This document shows positions 40,795-50,200 of a stretch of DNA of 64,000 nt, piece after piece. The stretch spans positions 896,001 to 960,000 of the forward strand of contig CAVOKF010000007.1 in NCBI GenBank assembly GCA_963696385.1, read 5' to 3'. Within the stretch, counting starts at the first letter, position 1; each line of letters begins with the position of its first letter. This DNA is from an uncultured delta proteobacterium. GTDB lineage: Bacteria; Myxococcota_A; Polyangia; Polyangiales; Polyangiaceae. The notes below the pieces were generated by a model. That model had not been told where the DNA came from. It saw only the letters and a program-made list of their open reading frames with translations, and made no database searches. The position numbers and the translations under genes are program-made.

Positions 40795-42555
40795 CTAAAG
40801 GGCGCCGTCGTCCGGCAAACCTGCCGTGTCGAACGCCCAGAACCTGCCGTGATGCGCCAGCAGGCGCGCGGCGGCCGCGTCCTTCTTGAAGACGAGAGTG
40901 CGGACGACGGACTCCCCGCTCGCATCGCGCGCCACTTGATCGGGCGCCTTGATGATGACCAATGGGAACGCCCGCGCATACTTGCAGCGCGGATCGTAGG
41001 CCTCGGCGTCGAATTCCCAGCCGCGGGCCGGCCAGGCCGGTTGAGAGTTCGGCTTGAAGCGGACCGGAACGCTGAGATATCGGGCAAACGCGAACGCCCA
41101 CTGCCCGTGTTTGCGAGCCGCATAATACGCCGCGAGGTGGGTCAACGTGCCGTTTCGAAATGCGAGCGTCCACGGCTCCCAGATGACGGCGGTGGCAGCC
41201 CCCCCCATCGGCAACTCGTCGATCACGGCGGAAGCGTCGTTCGTCTCCCACGCAAAGAGCGCACAATGGGCCAAGAAGTTCAATCCGGTTACGACGCCGA
41301 GACGCAAGATGTAGCCGCGCCCGCGCGCCGCCACGTCGGGCGGAAACCTTGGCGTCGCGAGGATCGCCGCGAGGACCAGCCATTGGCCAAGGCGCGGGAA
41401 GATGAGATGCGTGCCGAGAAGGACCATCGGCGTGGCGAAATAGGCGATCGTCATCGCGAGCAGCGGCAGCAGCACCGGTCGGGAACGTTCGGGGACACGT
41501 TGACCCGACCGCGACAGCCTCCAAGCCACGACGGCGGACCAGGCCATGACCCCGAGCGCGATGAACAGGATGACTTGGTCGGTCGCATCGCCGAACAGAT
41601 CGAGCGCAAACGATCCGAACATGACAATCTTCTGCCAGGCGGGCGGAGCACTCCCTTCCATGGTGGGATCCCGATACATGTTGGGGTCCCAGGGGTACTG
41701 GCGCCGGTACACCGCGACGCAATAGACGCAGCCGATCGCCAGCGGGACCACGGCGACGGCCGCGCGGAGGACCGCTCGCGCGATTCGCCGACCGGCCGGC
41801 GCGGAGCCGTTCGAGTGGCGCCAGCCCAGTTCGAGCGCGAGCGCGGTCGCCAACACGCAAAGGATGATCATCGCCAAAACGTGCGCGAAGGCGCACATCA
41901 AGCCGAGCGCTCCGACGGTCATGGCCGACATCCACCGGGGTCGGATCGCCGCGCGGGCGACGAATACGAGCGCCCACGCAGCGACGGCGGTCGCGAGTAC
42001 GTAATTCGCGAAACCCCACCCCGCGGAAAATGAGAATAGGACAGGCGTAAACAGAGCGGCGTACTCCGGCGGACGCCGCGACACTTTCAGGAGTGCGACC
42101 ACCGCCGCCGCCATGGCTGCCAGAGACGCGGCGAGCACGAGGCGGCCCGCGAGCTCGATGGGCAGCAGGATCGACAGCCGGGCTACGAGGAGATGAAATA
42201 GTCCATTGTAGGTAAAAATATTGAGCTCGTACTGGCGGCGCTCGGGGGCAGTCGCGTCCCCCAGCCGGCGGGCGACATCGCTCAGCGCCAGGTGCTGGGG
42301 GTAGTCGACGCACGGCAAGAGCCGACTGACGAACAACCCCAGGAGCACGAGCGCCACCCCACCCCAGTAAAGAAGCGTATCGGATCGGGAATCCAGACTC
42401 AGGCCGGCGACCCAAGGCGCGGCGTGCACGCCGCGCGGAGCGCCGACGACGACGCGGCCGCAGGTAACGTCGCCCTCTCCGTCGGCTTGCGGTAAAGTGG
42501 GCACGGACTGGCCGAGCCGTTTACCGCACCGCTCGCCCACGGCCAAGCCGGACAC
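40795..42555 (-). CDS. Polytopic membrane protein, possible GT-C glycosyltransferase
   Basis: Many TM segments, early loop PCVDYPQH, WGFANY, soluble C-terminal domain; true start probably downstream (~42430). Confidence 0.65.
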   Translation of the reverse strand: MSGLAVGERCGKRLGQSVPTLPQADGEGDVTCGRVVVGAPRGVHAAPWVAGLSLDSRSDTLLYWGGVALVLLGLFVSRLLPCVDYPQHLALSDVARRLGDATAPERRQYELNIFTYNGLFHLLVARLSILLPIELAGRLVLAASLAAMAAAVVALLKVSRRPPEYAALFTPVLFSFSAGWGFANYVLATAVAAWALVFVARAAIRPRWMSAMTVGALGLMCAFAHVLAMIILCVLATALALELGWRHSNGSAPAGRRIARAVLRAAVAVVPLAIGCVYCVAVYRRQYPWDPNMYRDPTMEGSAPPAWQKIVMFGSFALDLFGDATDQVILFIALGVMAWSAVVAWRLSRSGQRVPERSRPVLLPLLAMTIAYFATPMVLLGTHLIFPRLGQWLVLAAILATPRFPPDVAARGRGYILRLGVVTGLNFLAHCALFAWETNDASAVIDELPMGGAATAVIWEPWTLAFRNGTLTHLAAYYAARKHGQWAFAFARYLSVPVRFKPNSQPAWPARGWEFDAEAYDPRCKYARAFPLVIIKAPDQVARDASGESVVRTLVFKKDAAAARLLAHHGRFWAFDTAGLPDDGAL

Positions 42556-42594
42556 GAGAGACCCGGCAACCAGCGCAAGTGGGAACGGACTCCA

Positions 42595-43005
42595 ATGTCG
42601 GGCAATACGTCAGAACGCGGCTCGGAACTCGACTCCAAGGCCCGACTTCTCATCGTCGACGACGACGCCGCAATCGGGCGCGCCATCTCGCGCATTGTCC
42701 GAGCGCGGCACGACGTCGTCGTGCTCACGAGCGGTCGCGAGGCGATCGAACGCATCGCGGCGGGTGAGCGCTACGATGCGATTCTCTGCGACTTGATGAT
42801 GCCCGACGTGACCGGCATGGATGTCTACGAGCGGATTTCGGCCATCGACCCACCGAGCGCGCGCCGCATGATTTTTCTGAGTGGCGGAGCGTTCACCCGT
42901 CGCGCCGAGGAGTTCTTTCTTCGGATCGACAATCAGCGTGTGGACAAGCCATTCGATCGCGCGACTCTCCTCGCGGCGCTTGCCGCGGTGCTAGAAGGGA
43001 GCTGA
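42595..43005 (+). CDS. Single-domain response regulator
   Basis: LIVDDD, ILCDLMMPD, FLSGG, KPF. Confidence 0.9.
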   Translation: MSGNTSERGSELDSKARLLIVDDDAAIGRAISRIVRARHDVVVLTSGREAIERIAAGERYDAILCDLMMPDVTGMDVYERISAIDPPSARRMIFLSGGAFTRRAEEFFLRIDNQRVDKPFDRATLLAALAAVLEGS

Positions 43006-43009
43006 TGCC

Positions 43010-43360
43010 ATGAATGCGACCCCGTTCTTCGTCGCGGCGCTCGCAACCCTGTCGATCTCTTGCAATGCCGAACGCAAAGGCGAGTGCGATCAACTTCTGT
43101 CGGCCCTGAAGCCTCTCGAGCACGAACCGGGCGAGGACGGCGTCGAGGGGGCCCGGCGCGCGATCGAAGCGATCCGATTTCAGGACGAACCGCTGCGCGA
43201 ATACGCATCGAGCGCGAAGTCGACGCTCACCGTTCTCGCCGAGACGCTGCGTACTCAGGCCGGCGATTCTGCGCCCGACGGAACCGACGACGTGGTCAAA
43301 GAAAAGCGCAAGGAAGCGCGAGGCGAAGTAAGAGAAGTGATCCGGTACTGCACGCCGTAA
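43010..43360 (+). CDS. Small helical lipoprotein
   Basis: Lipobox LSISC; starts 4 bp after the response regulator. Confidence 0.65.
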   Translation: MNATPFFVAALATLSISCNAERKGECDQLLSALKPLEHEPGEDGVEGARRAIEAIRFQDEPLREYASSAKSTLTVLAETLRTQAGDSAPDGTDDVVKEKRKEARGEVREVIRYCTP

Positions 43361-43593
43361 AAAGTCGCCTGCAGTCCGCCCTCGGCTGCGGTCATCGGGA
43401 AGCCGCGTCGGTGGGGGGTGTGCTTGGCGGGCGTGTCGTTGTCTCACCCTTTTCGGGGAAGAGCGGTCGCAGCGACCCGATGCATCGTCTTGCGCCGTGC
43501 GGACGGCGAAAAGAAAACGCCGGGGGGCCGGCGCGAGCGCCGCCACGGCGCGCGCCCTCGGTTTGCGGCCGGCGCGTGATATAGCGTCCGCCC

Positions 43594-45120
43594 ATGCGAT
43601 CACGCGCGGTGTGCGTCGCGGCGTTGACGGTCGCTCTCACGACGCTCGCCGCGTGGCGGGCTATCTGCGTGCTGTCGGGTCCGGACATCGACACCGACGC
43701 CTACGCGCATCACATGATCGCCAGGGCCATCCTGGCCGATCCGCGAGACCTCGGGGTGCACTGGGTATGGCTGCCCCTATTTCATTATTTGCAGGTTCCT
43801 CTCGTGCTGCTCGGCGGGACGATGGACGACGTTCGCTGGGCCAACGTGGTCTTCGCCGCTGCGCTGCCGGCCGTCCTCTTCGTGTACGTGCGGCGAACGA
43901 GCGACGCCGCGATCGGACCGTTCGGCACATCGCCGAACGTCACCGCGCTCATGGCCGCGCTGCTGGCCGCGGCATGTCCCATCGCCATGCAAATGGGCAC
44001 GACCGCGCAGCCCGAATCGCTGTTCGCACTGACGACGCTCGCCACGGCCATCGCTTTTCAAGAGAGGCGCCACTGGCTTGCAGGTGCCATGCTCGGCGCC
44101 GGCGTCCTGCTGAGGTACGAAGCGTGGGCCTCGCTGCTGGCGGTCGCCGCGTTCGCATTCGTCGAACCGGCCTACAGGCGGCTCGGCCGGCTCGCCCCCG
44201 ACTGCGGAGCGAAGCGGGCGTGGGTTACCGTCGCGATCCCGGTCGGGCTTATCCTCGTCTGGGCCGTTTTGCGTCGCCCCGTCGACGGACGTTGGTTCGG
44301 CTTTCTGGGACAAACGCGCGCCTTCGCGACGGATGCGACCCACGAGGGCAGTTCGCTCGACGGAGGCGCTCTTGGACTCTTGGGCGACATTCTCCATTAC
44401 CCCGTATTCGTCCCCGCACGCGTCATGGGGCCCGCGCTCGCGCTCGTGCCTTTCGGCGTCGCACGGACGGTGCGCCAGCAAGGGGCCCGATTCGTAGCGG
44501 TGCAGCTCGCGTGCCTCGCGTTCGTGTCGCTGGCGTGGGTGATGCGTTCCACGCTCGGGCTCGACCGGCATTTCGTGGCCGTGAGCGCGGTGTACTCGAC
44601 CTTCGCCGCCCAGGGCTTGGCCACCCTCGCCGAGGCGACGATGCGGTTTTCGGGTCGCTTCATTCCGCCGCGCAGTGCCTCGTTCGTGGCTAGCGTCGCC
44701 GGATCTGCGCTCGCGATGTTTTCCCTCGCGGGCTTGTGCGTCTCGCTCGGTCTGTGGATGGGCTTCTGGCGGGAGTCGATCCAGCGCGGCTGGCCGGAGC
44801 GAATGGCCGTCGGCGACTACCTCCGATCGCTGCCTCCCGCGACGACAATTTTTTGCGACGACGCGACCGTCGAAATTCTGAGCCGGCTCGATCGCCGTCG
44901 CTTCGATCGGCATTGGATCGACGACCCCCACACCTGGGAAATCGTCCGGGAGGTCGCACGCGCACGGGGAGCGGCGTACATCGCAACCTGGAGTCGAAAG
45001 CTGCGCGGACACGACGACGCGGGAAGCGTGGTCTTCCGCTCGGGCGCCTCCGGAGACGACCCGAATTCCGGACTTGCCGTGATGCGCGTGGGCCCCGACT
45101 CAGGTCGCGCCTGGCGCTGA
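43594..45120 (+). CDS. Polytopic membrane protein, probable GT-C (PMT/ArnT-like) glycosyltransferase
   Basis: Acidic first loop DIDTDAYAH, WVWLPL, QPESLF, LLRYEAW, multiple TM helices. Confidence 0.7.
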   Translation: MRSRAVCVAALTVALTTLAAWRAICVLSGPDIDTDAYAHHMIARAILADPRDLGVHWVWLPLFHYLQVPLVLLGGTMDDVRWANVVFAAALPAVLFVYVRRTSDAAIGPFGTSPNVTALMAALLAAACPIAMQMGTTAQPESLFALTTLATAIAFQERRHWLAGAMLGAGVLLRYEAWASLLAVAAFAFVEPAYRRLGRLAPDCGAKRAWVTVAIPVGLILVWAVLRRPVDGRWFGFLGQTRAFATDATHEGSSLDGGALGLLGDILHYPVFVPARVMGPALALVPFGVARTVRQQGARFVAVQLACLAFVSLAWVMRSTLGLDRHFVAVSAVYSTFAAQGLATLAEATMRFSGRFIPPRSASFVASVAGSALAMFSLAGLCVSLGLWMGFWRESIQRGWPERMAVGDYLRSLPPATTIFCDDATVEILSRLDRRRFDRHWIDDPHTWEIVREVARARGAAYIATWSRKLRGHDDAGSVVFRSGASGDDPNSGLAVMRVGPDSGRAWR

Positions 45121-45154
45121 CGCGCGCTACTGAAAAGGGCTCGAACCGTCCCCA

Positions 45155-47095
45155 ATGCGTAGCCGAGCCCGAGCCACCCTCCCGCGCGCGGCGCTACGAC
45201 GGCTGCTGGCTCTGCGGCATCTTTTCGGTGCGGCGCGGGCGCCGATCGAATTTCAGATCCTCGGACGAGTCCTGCTGCAGGCCGCCCTGGTCGGCGCCGC
45301 GGCCGGCCTCTTGGGATCGCTGTTCTTTGCCGGCGTCGAGGCCTTCCAGCGTTTGGTTCTCGAGTCGTGGGTCGGCTATGCGCCGCTTCGCGCCGGTGGC
45401 GAGACGATTCTCGGAGAACTCCGGCAGCAAACGCCCTTTCGTCCCTGGCTACTGCTCGTGGTGCCCGCCGCAGGCGCCTTGCTCGGCGGGGCCATTTCCA
45501 CGTGGCTCGCTCCCGAGACGCGCGGAGGAGGCAGCGACGCCATCATCGAAGCATTCCATCAACGGCGGGGCATCGTTCGCAAACGGGTGGCTTTCGTCAA
45601 AGCCGTCGTGTCCATCCTGACGCTCGGCTCGGGCGGCTCCGGCGGTCGCGAGGGGCCCACGATGCAAATGGGCGGCGCGATCGGTTCGCTGGTCGGCCAA
45701 CTGCTGCACGCCACGGATCGCGAACGGCGCATCTTGTTGGTCGCCGGTACCGCGGCCGGAATGGCGGCTGTTTTCCGGACGCCGCTCGGCGCGGCCCTGC
45801 TCGCCGTCGAAGTCTTGCATCGCGACGACTTCGAGGCGGACGCGCTCGTTCCGAGCGTCCTGGCGAGCGTGGTGGCCTATTCCGTGTTCATCGCGTTCTT
45901 CGGCGAACAGACCCTGTTCGCTCACGCCCCGAGCTACCCCTTCGTCCCGGCTCACCTTCCGCTGTACGCCCTGCTCGCCGTGCTGGTGTCTGTCGTGGCC
46001 AGCACGTTCTTGTCGACTTTGCGTTGGGTCCAGACCGTGACTCGGAATCTGCCGGCTCCGGAATGGTCGAAGGCCGGATTGGGCGGCCTTGCCCTCGGAG
46101 TCTTCGCGACTCCGATCATCGTCTTGATCGGACCGCAAATCGGTCAGCCGGGGCAAGGGCTCGGCATTCTCGGCGGCGGCTACGGGGCGGCTCAGCTCGC
46201 GATCACCGGAGCCGATTGGTTTCCGCTCGGCTGGAAGGGCGTTCAGCTGCTCGTGCTGCTCGGCACCGTCAAGATGATAGCGACGTGCCTGACGGTCGGC
46301 AGCGGAGGTAGCGCTGGAGATTTTGGGCCGTCGCTCGTCATCGGAGGAATCTTCGGGGGCGCTTTCGGCCGTGCCGCCCAGACCCTTCTGCACGATCCGC
46401 GCATCCAGCCGGGAGCGTTTGCGCTCGTCGGAATGGGGGTGTTCTACGGCGGGCTGGCACACGTGCCGATCGCATCGCTCGTCATGACGTGCGAGCTCAC
46501 GGGCAGCTACGATCTACTCGTGCCGCTGATGTTCGCCGAAGGGATTGCGTTCGTGGCCCTACGACACCGTAGCCTGTACCACGCTCAAGTGGCGACCAAG
46601 CGGGACTCTCCCGCACACCGCGATGATCTCATCTTCGACGTGCTGACGGGGATGCGAGTCGCTGACGTCGTCGTGCGCGACCGCCCGTATTCGACCTTCA
46701 CCACGAGGACGCCGGCCGGTGAGGTGACGCAGAAGGCGGCTGCAGCCACGTGGCAGGATGTCTTCCCGGTCCTCGACGATCACGGCAAACTCGTGGGCCT
46801 CGTCCTGAGCGACGTGCTTCGCATGATCGCCGCGAATCCAGATATCGGCGACTTCGCGATTGCCCATGATCTCATGGTCCCCCCCGTCAGCGTGAACGAG
46901 ACCGACGATCTGCAGCGGGCGCTCGAAGCCATCCTGGAGCATGGTCTGCGCGAGATCGTCGTCGTGGGGCAAGGCGGACGGATTGTGGGCTTCCTCGACG
47001 AGGCAGAAATTACACGAGTGTACCACCGTGCGACCAACCGTCGCGAGACGTCTCGCCCGGATGACCCCCCGGATGACCCGGTGGCTCGAGCGTAG
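45155..47095 (+). CDS. ClC chloride channel/transporter with CBS domains
   Basis: GSGGREGPT, FRTPLGAAL, GGSAGDFGPS, ELTGSY, C-terminal CBS pair. Confidence 0.92.
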   Translation: MRSRARATLPRAALRRLLALRHLFGAARAPIEFQILGRVLLQAALVGAAAGLLGSLFFAGVEAFQRLVLESWVGYAPLRAGGETILGELRQQTPFRPWLLLVVPAAGALLGGAISTWLAPETRGGGSDAIIEAFHQRRGIVRKRVAFVKAVVSILTLGSGGSGGREGPTMQMGGAIGSLVGQLLHATDRERRILLVAGTAAGMAAVFRTPLGAALLAVEVLHRDDFEADALVPSVLASVVAYSVFIAFFGEQTLFAHAPSYPFVPAHLPLYALLAVLVSVVASTFLSTLRWVQTVTRNLPAPEWSKAGLGGLALGVFATPIIVLIGPQIGQPGQGLGILGGGYGAAQLAITGADWFPLGWKGVQLLVLLGTVKMIATCLTVGSGGSAGDFGPSLVIGGIFGGAFGRAAQTLLHDPRIQPGAFALVGMGVFYGGLAHVPIASLVMTCELTGSYDLLVPLMFAEGIAFVALRHRSLYHAQVATKRDSPAHRDDLIFDVLTGMRVADVVVRDRPYSTFTTRTPAGEVTQKAAAATWQDVFPVLDDHGKLVGLVLSDVLRMIAANPDIGDFAIAHDLMVPPVSVNETDDLQRALEAILEHGLREIVVVGQGGRIVGFLDEAEITRVYHRATNRRETSRPDDPPDDPVARA

Positions 47096-47126
47096 ACGGT
47101 CGCCCGAGCGGGGCAGGCCAGCCATG

Positions 47127-47170
47127 TCGCGTGTGGGCTGCGTGTGGGTCGCCTGTGGCTCGCGTGTGGC
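47127..47170. promoter_or_regulatory. Four phased 11-bp direct repeats (consensus tcgcgtgtggs) upstream of the giant TPR gene
   Basis: tcgcgtgtggg ctgcgtgtggg tcgcctgtggc tcgcgtgtggc, followed by TTGACG at 47174. Confidence 0.5.
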
Positions 47171-47297
47171 GCGTTGACGCACACGGCGAGGACCGATCGC
47201 GACGATAGCCATTCTTTTTCTCATTGGCGTTGCTTCCGAGTTACTCTTGTCGTGCCGGGCGGACGTGAGCTTCTTCGCCGTGGCAGCGAGAGCCACA

Positions 47298-50200
47298 ATG
47301 CAACAGCAACCGCCTCGGCAACGCGCAGTTGCCGCTCCGCAGCCGTCAGGTTCGTCGCCCGAGGCGAGGGCGGTCCATGAAGAGCGGCTGCTCGAGACGA
47401 TGCTGACGTCCTTGGTCCGAGGCGTCTTGCCCGCCGACGCGTGGGAGAAGGTCCATGCGTCGGCGCGCGACGAAGGACGAACGAGCGAGTTGGCGTTCGC
47501 GTTCGAGACGGTTGCCCAGGGCAAACGATTGAAAGCGGCTCCTCCTGCGTTCGGGGCCGAGTTTCTGTTCCAGACGGGTCGCTTCATCGCGGACGTGATC
47601 GGCGACGAAGCGAAAGCCGTGACGTACTTCGAGCGCGCCTTGGCGCTGTTTCCAGGCCACACGTCTGCGTTTGCACGAGCGGACGAGCTGCTGCGTCGTT
47701 CGCATCAGCTTCTGAGACTCGCGGAGCTTCATGCGAGCTCCGCTCAGCATCGGCCACGGTTCGAACAGCCCGCATTGCTGCGGCGTGCGACCGAACTGCT
47801 TCAAGAGGCGGGCGGCGCCGAGGAACGCCTCGTCGAATGGCTGCAACAGATCCTCCGGCTCGAGCCGGGCAACGAATATGCCCGCGCGGCGCTCGACCCC
47901 ATTCTTCTCAAGGCCAACCGGTTCCGCGACGTCGTCCGGATGAACGAGCAGGCGCTCGCATCGGAGCCGCCTCCGGACGCCGAAACGAAGCGTGCGCTGC
48001 TCGATCGCGTGCTCGAGCTGTACGCCGACAGGCTTCAGGAGCCCGAACGCGCACTGCCTCACGTCGAGCAATTGCTCGGCCTGGAGCCGAGTCACGACGG
48101 CGCGCGCCGCGTCGCGCACAAGCTCGTTCGAATCAAGGGGCTCGCGGGGCGCGCGGCCTCCGCCCTCGCTGGCGCGTACGAAGCGCTCGGCTCTCACCAG
48201 GAGGCCGCTCACTTCTTGTCGCTCGAACTCGAAAGCACGCGGGGACCCAAGCGGGCGCCTTTGCTCGACCGTCTCGGGCGCCTGAAACAGCGGATGGGAG
48301 ATCTCGCCGGAGCGTTCGAGGCTTTCGATCAAGCCCTTGCGATCGACCCCGTAGACGACGTGGCCGCCCGTTACGTCGCGCTGGCGCTCGAGCTGGGACG
48401 CCACGGCGACGCCGCGAAGACGCTCGGTCGGGTACTCGCCAGCGTCAAGGACCCGGTTTCCCGATCGAGGACAAGCGCGCTACTCGGCGAGGTCTTGCTG
48501 CGTGCTGGCGACGTGAAGCGGGCGACGCCCATGCTGGAAGGTGTGCTGGCGGCGTCGGACGCACCCGCGGACGCAGTCCTCGCGGCTGCGTATCTCTTGC
48601 ACGAAGTGCTCGACAACGGCCAGGACGCGCGCCGGCTCTGCGACGTGCTGGAAAGAATCGCAACCACGGAGCTCGATGCCGAACGACGCCGATCCGCCAA
48701 TGTGCGCATTTCGGAGTTGGCCGCGGAGCTATCGGACTTGCCGCGCGCCATTCGCGCGTACGAGCGACTCTTGGATACGAGTAGCCGGGCGGTTGCGCTG
48801 GAGGCGCTCGAACCTCTCTACGAGGCGACGGGCGATCCCCTGAAGCGCGCGCGCCTCCTCGAGGAGCGCGCGAAGGATGCCCCCGACGTGCAGGCACGAC
48901 GCGATCTCATGAAGGCCGCGGAGATTCGGGTCAAGGACGCCAGCGACCCGGCTGCGGGGACCGCGACCTGCGAGACCATCATCGCTCGATTCGGCGCCGA
49001 ACGAGACGTCCTGGCGTTGCTCGTTCCGTTGCTCGAGGCGCAACGCCTCTGGGGCGATCTCGCGAACGCGCTGGCCGGCCAGGTGTCTCTGGAGGACGGA
49101 CCGGTGCGCGCGCAGCTGCTCGCACGGCTGGGGGCTATCAAGCTGCAACGCTTGCACGACGTCCCGGGCGCGATCGGCGCGTTCGAGGCGGCACTCAGCT
49201 TCGATGCGCATGAGAGAACCGCGCGAATGACGCTCGAGAAGCTGGCGGCGTCGGGCAATCATCGGATCGACGCAGCGCGGGTGCTCGAACCGCTGTATCG
49301 CATCGAGGGCGCGCGGGGCCCGCTGCTCAGGACACTCGACTTGCGCGGCTCGCTCGCGCCTCGCGTCGATGACCGTCTCGGTGCGCTGCGGGAAGCGGCC
49401 GACCTGGCCGGGGGGGCCGGGTCCGCGGACGCGCTTCAAGCCGTCGACTTCGTCGCTCGTGGCCTCGCTCTGGCGGTGTCCCACGATCGTCCCGTCGGCG
49501 AGTGGCTCAAGCGGCTCGAACAGGTCACCGACCCACGAACCGACGCGACGCGACGCGCGGCGATTCTTGCTGGCGCGATCGGCGACCGGCCCGTCGACAA
49601 CGCCGAGATGAGCGTGCTCGCCAAGACGGCCGCCGAATCGCTCGACGCGAGCGGGGACGTTCCCTCGGCGATCGCGCTTCTTCGCCGAGCGCTCGCGTTT
49701 GAGCCACATTCCAACGAGCTTCTGGTTCGAATCGACGAGCTCTTGCGCGAGCAAGGCAGCGCGGGCGAGCGCATCGCGCTCTACCGAGCCACGCTCGAGC
49801 GTGCCAGCGGACCACGACGCCGCGACCTGTTGCACCGCATCGGGGGCATCCAGCGACACGACCTCGCCGACGTCGACGGCGCTGTCGCGACGTACCGGAC
49901 CGCGCTCGACGAGGACGCCGGTGACATCGATGCCCAGGTGGCCTTGGAGGAACTTTACTCGGGCGCCGGACGCTGGACGGACCTGTGCGAGTTGCTCGAG
50001 TGGCGTCTTCCGCAAACGAAAGGAGACGTCTCGCGCGGGTTGCACTCGAGACTCGCTCGGCTTTCCGCCGAGCACGGCGACCCCGAACGGGCGCGGATGC
50101 ACTGCATGCGCCTCCTCGACGACCCGGATCTGACCGGCGAGCATCTCGACTCCGTGCAGTGGGCGGCCGATCGGCTCGACGCGCCGGACATCTCGCGATC

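Noticed and set aside
43361..43593. Possible small gene or RNA in this intergenic gap
   Set aside because: No convincing ORF, RBS or recognisable RNA motif
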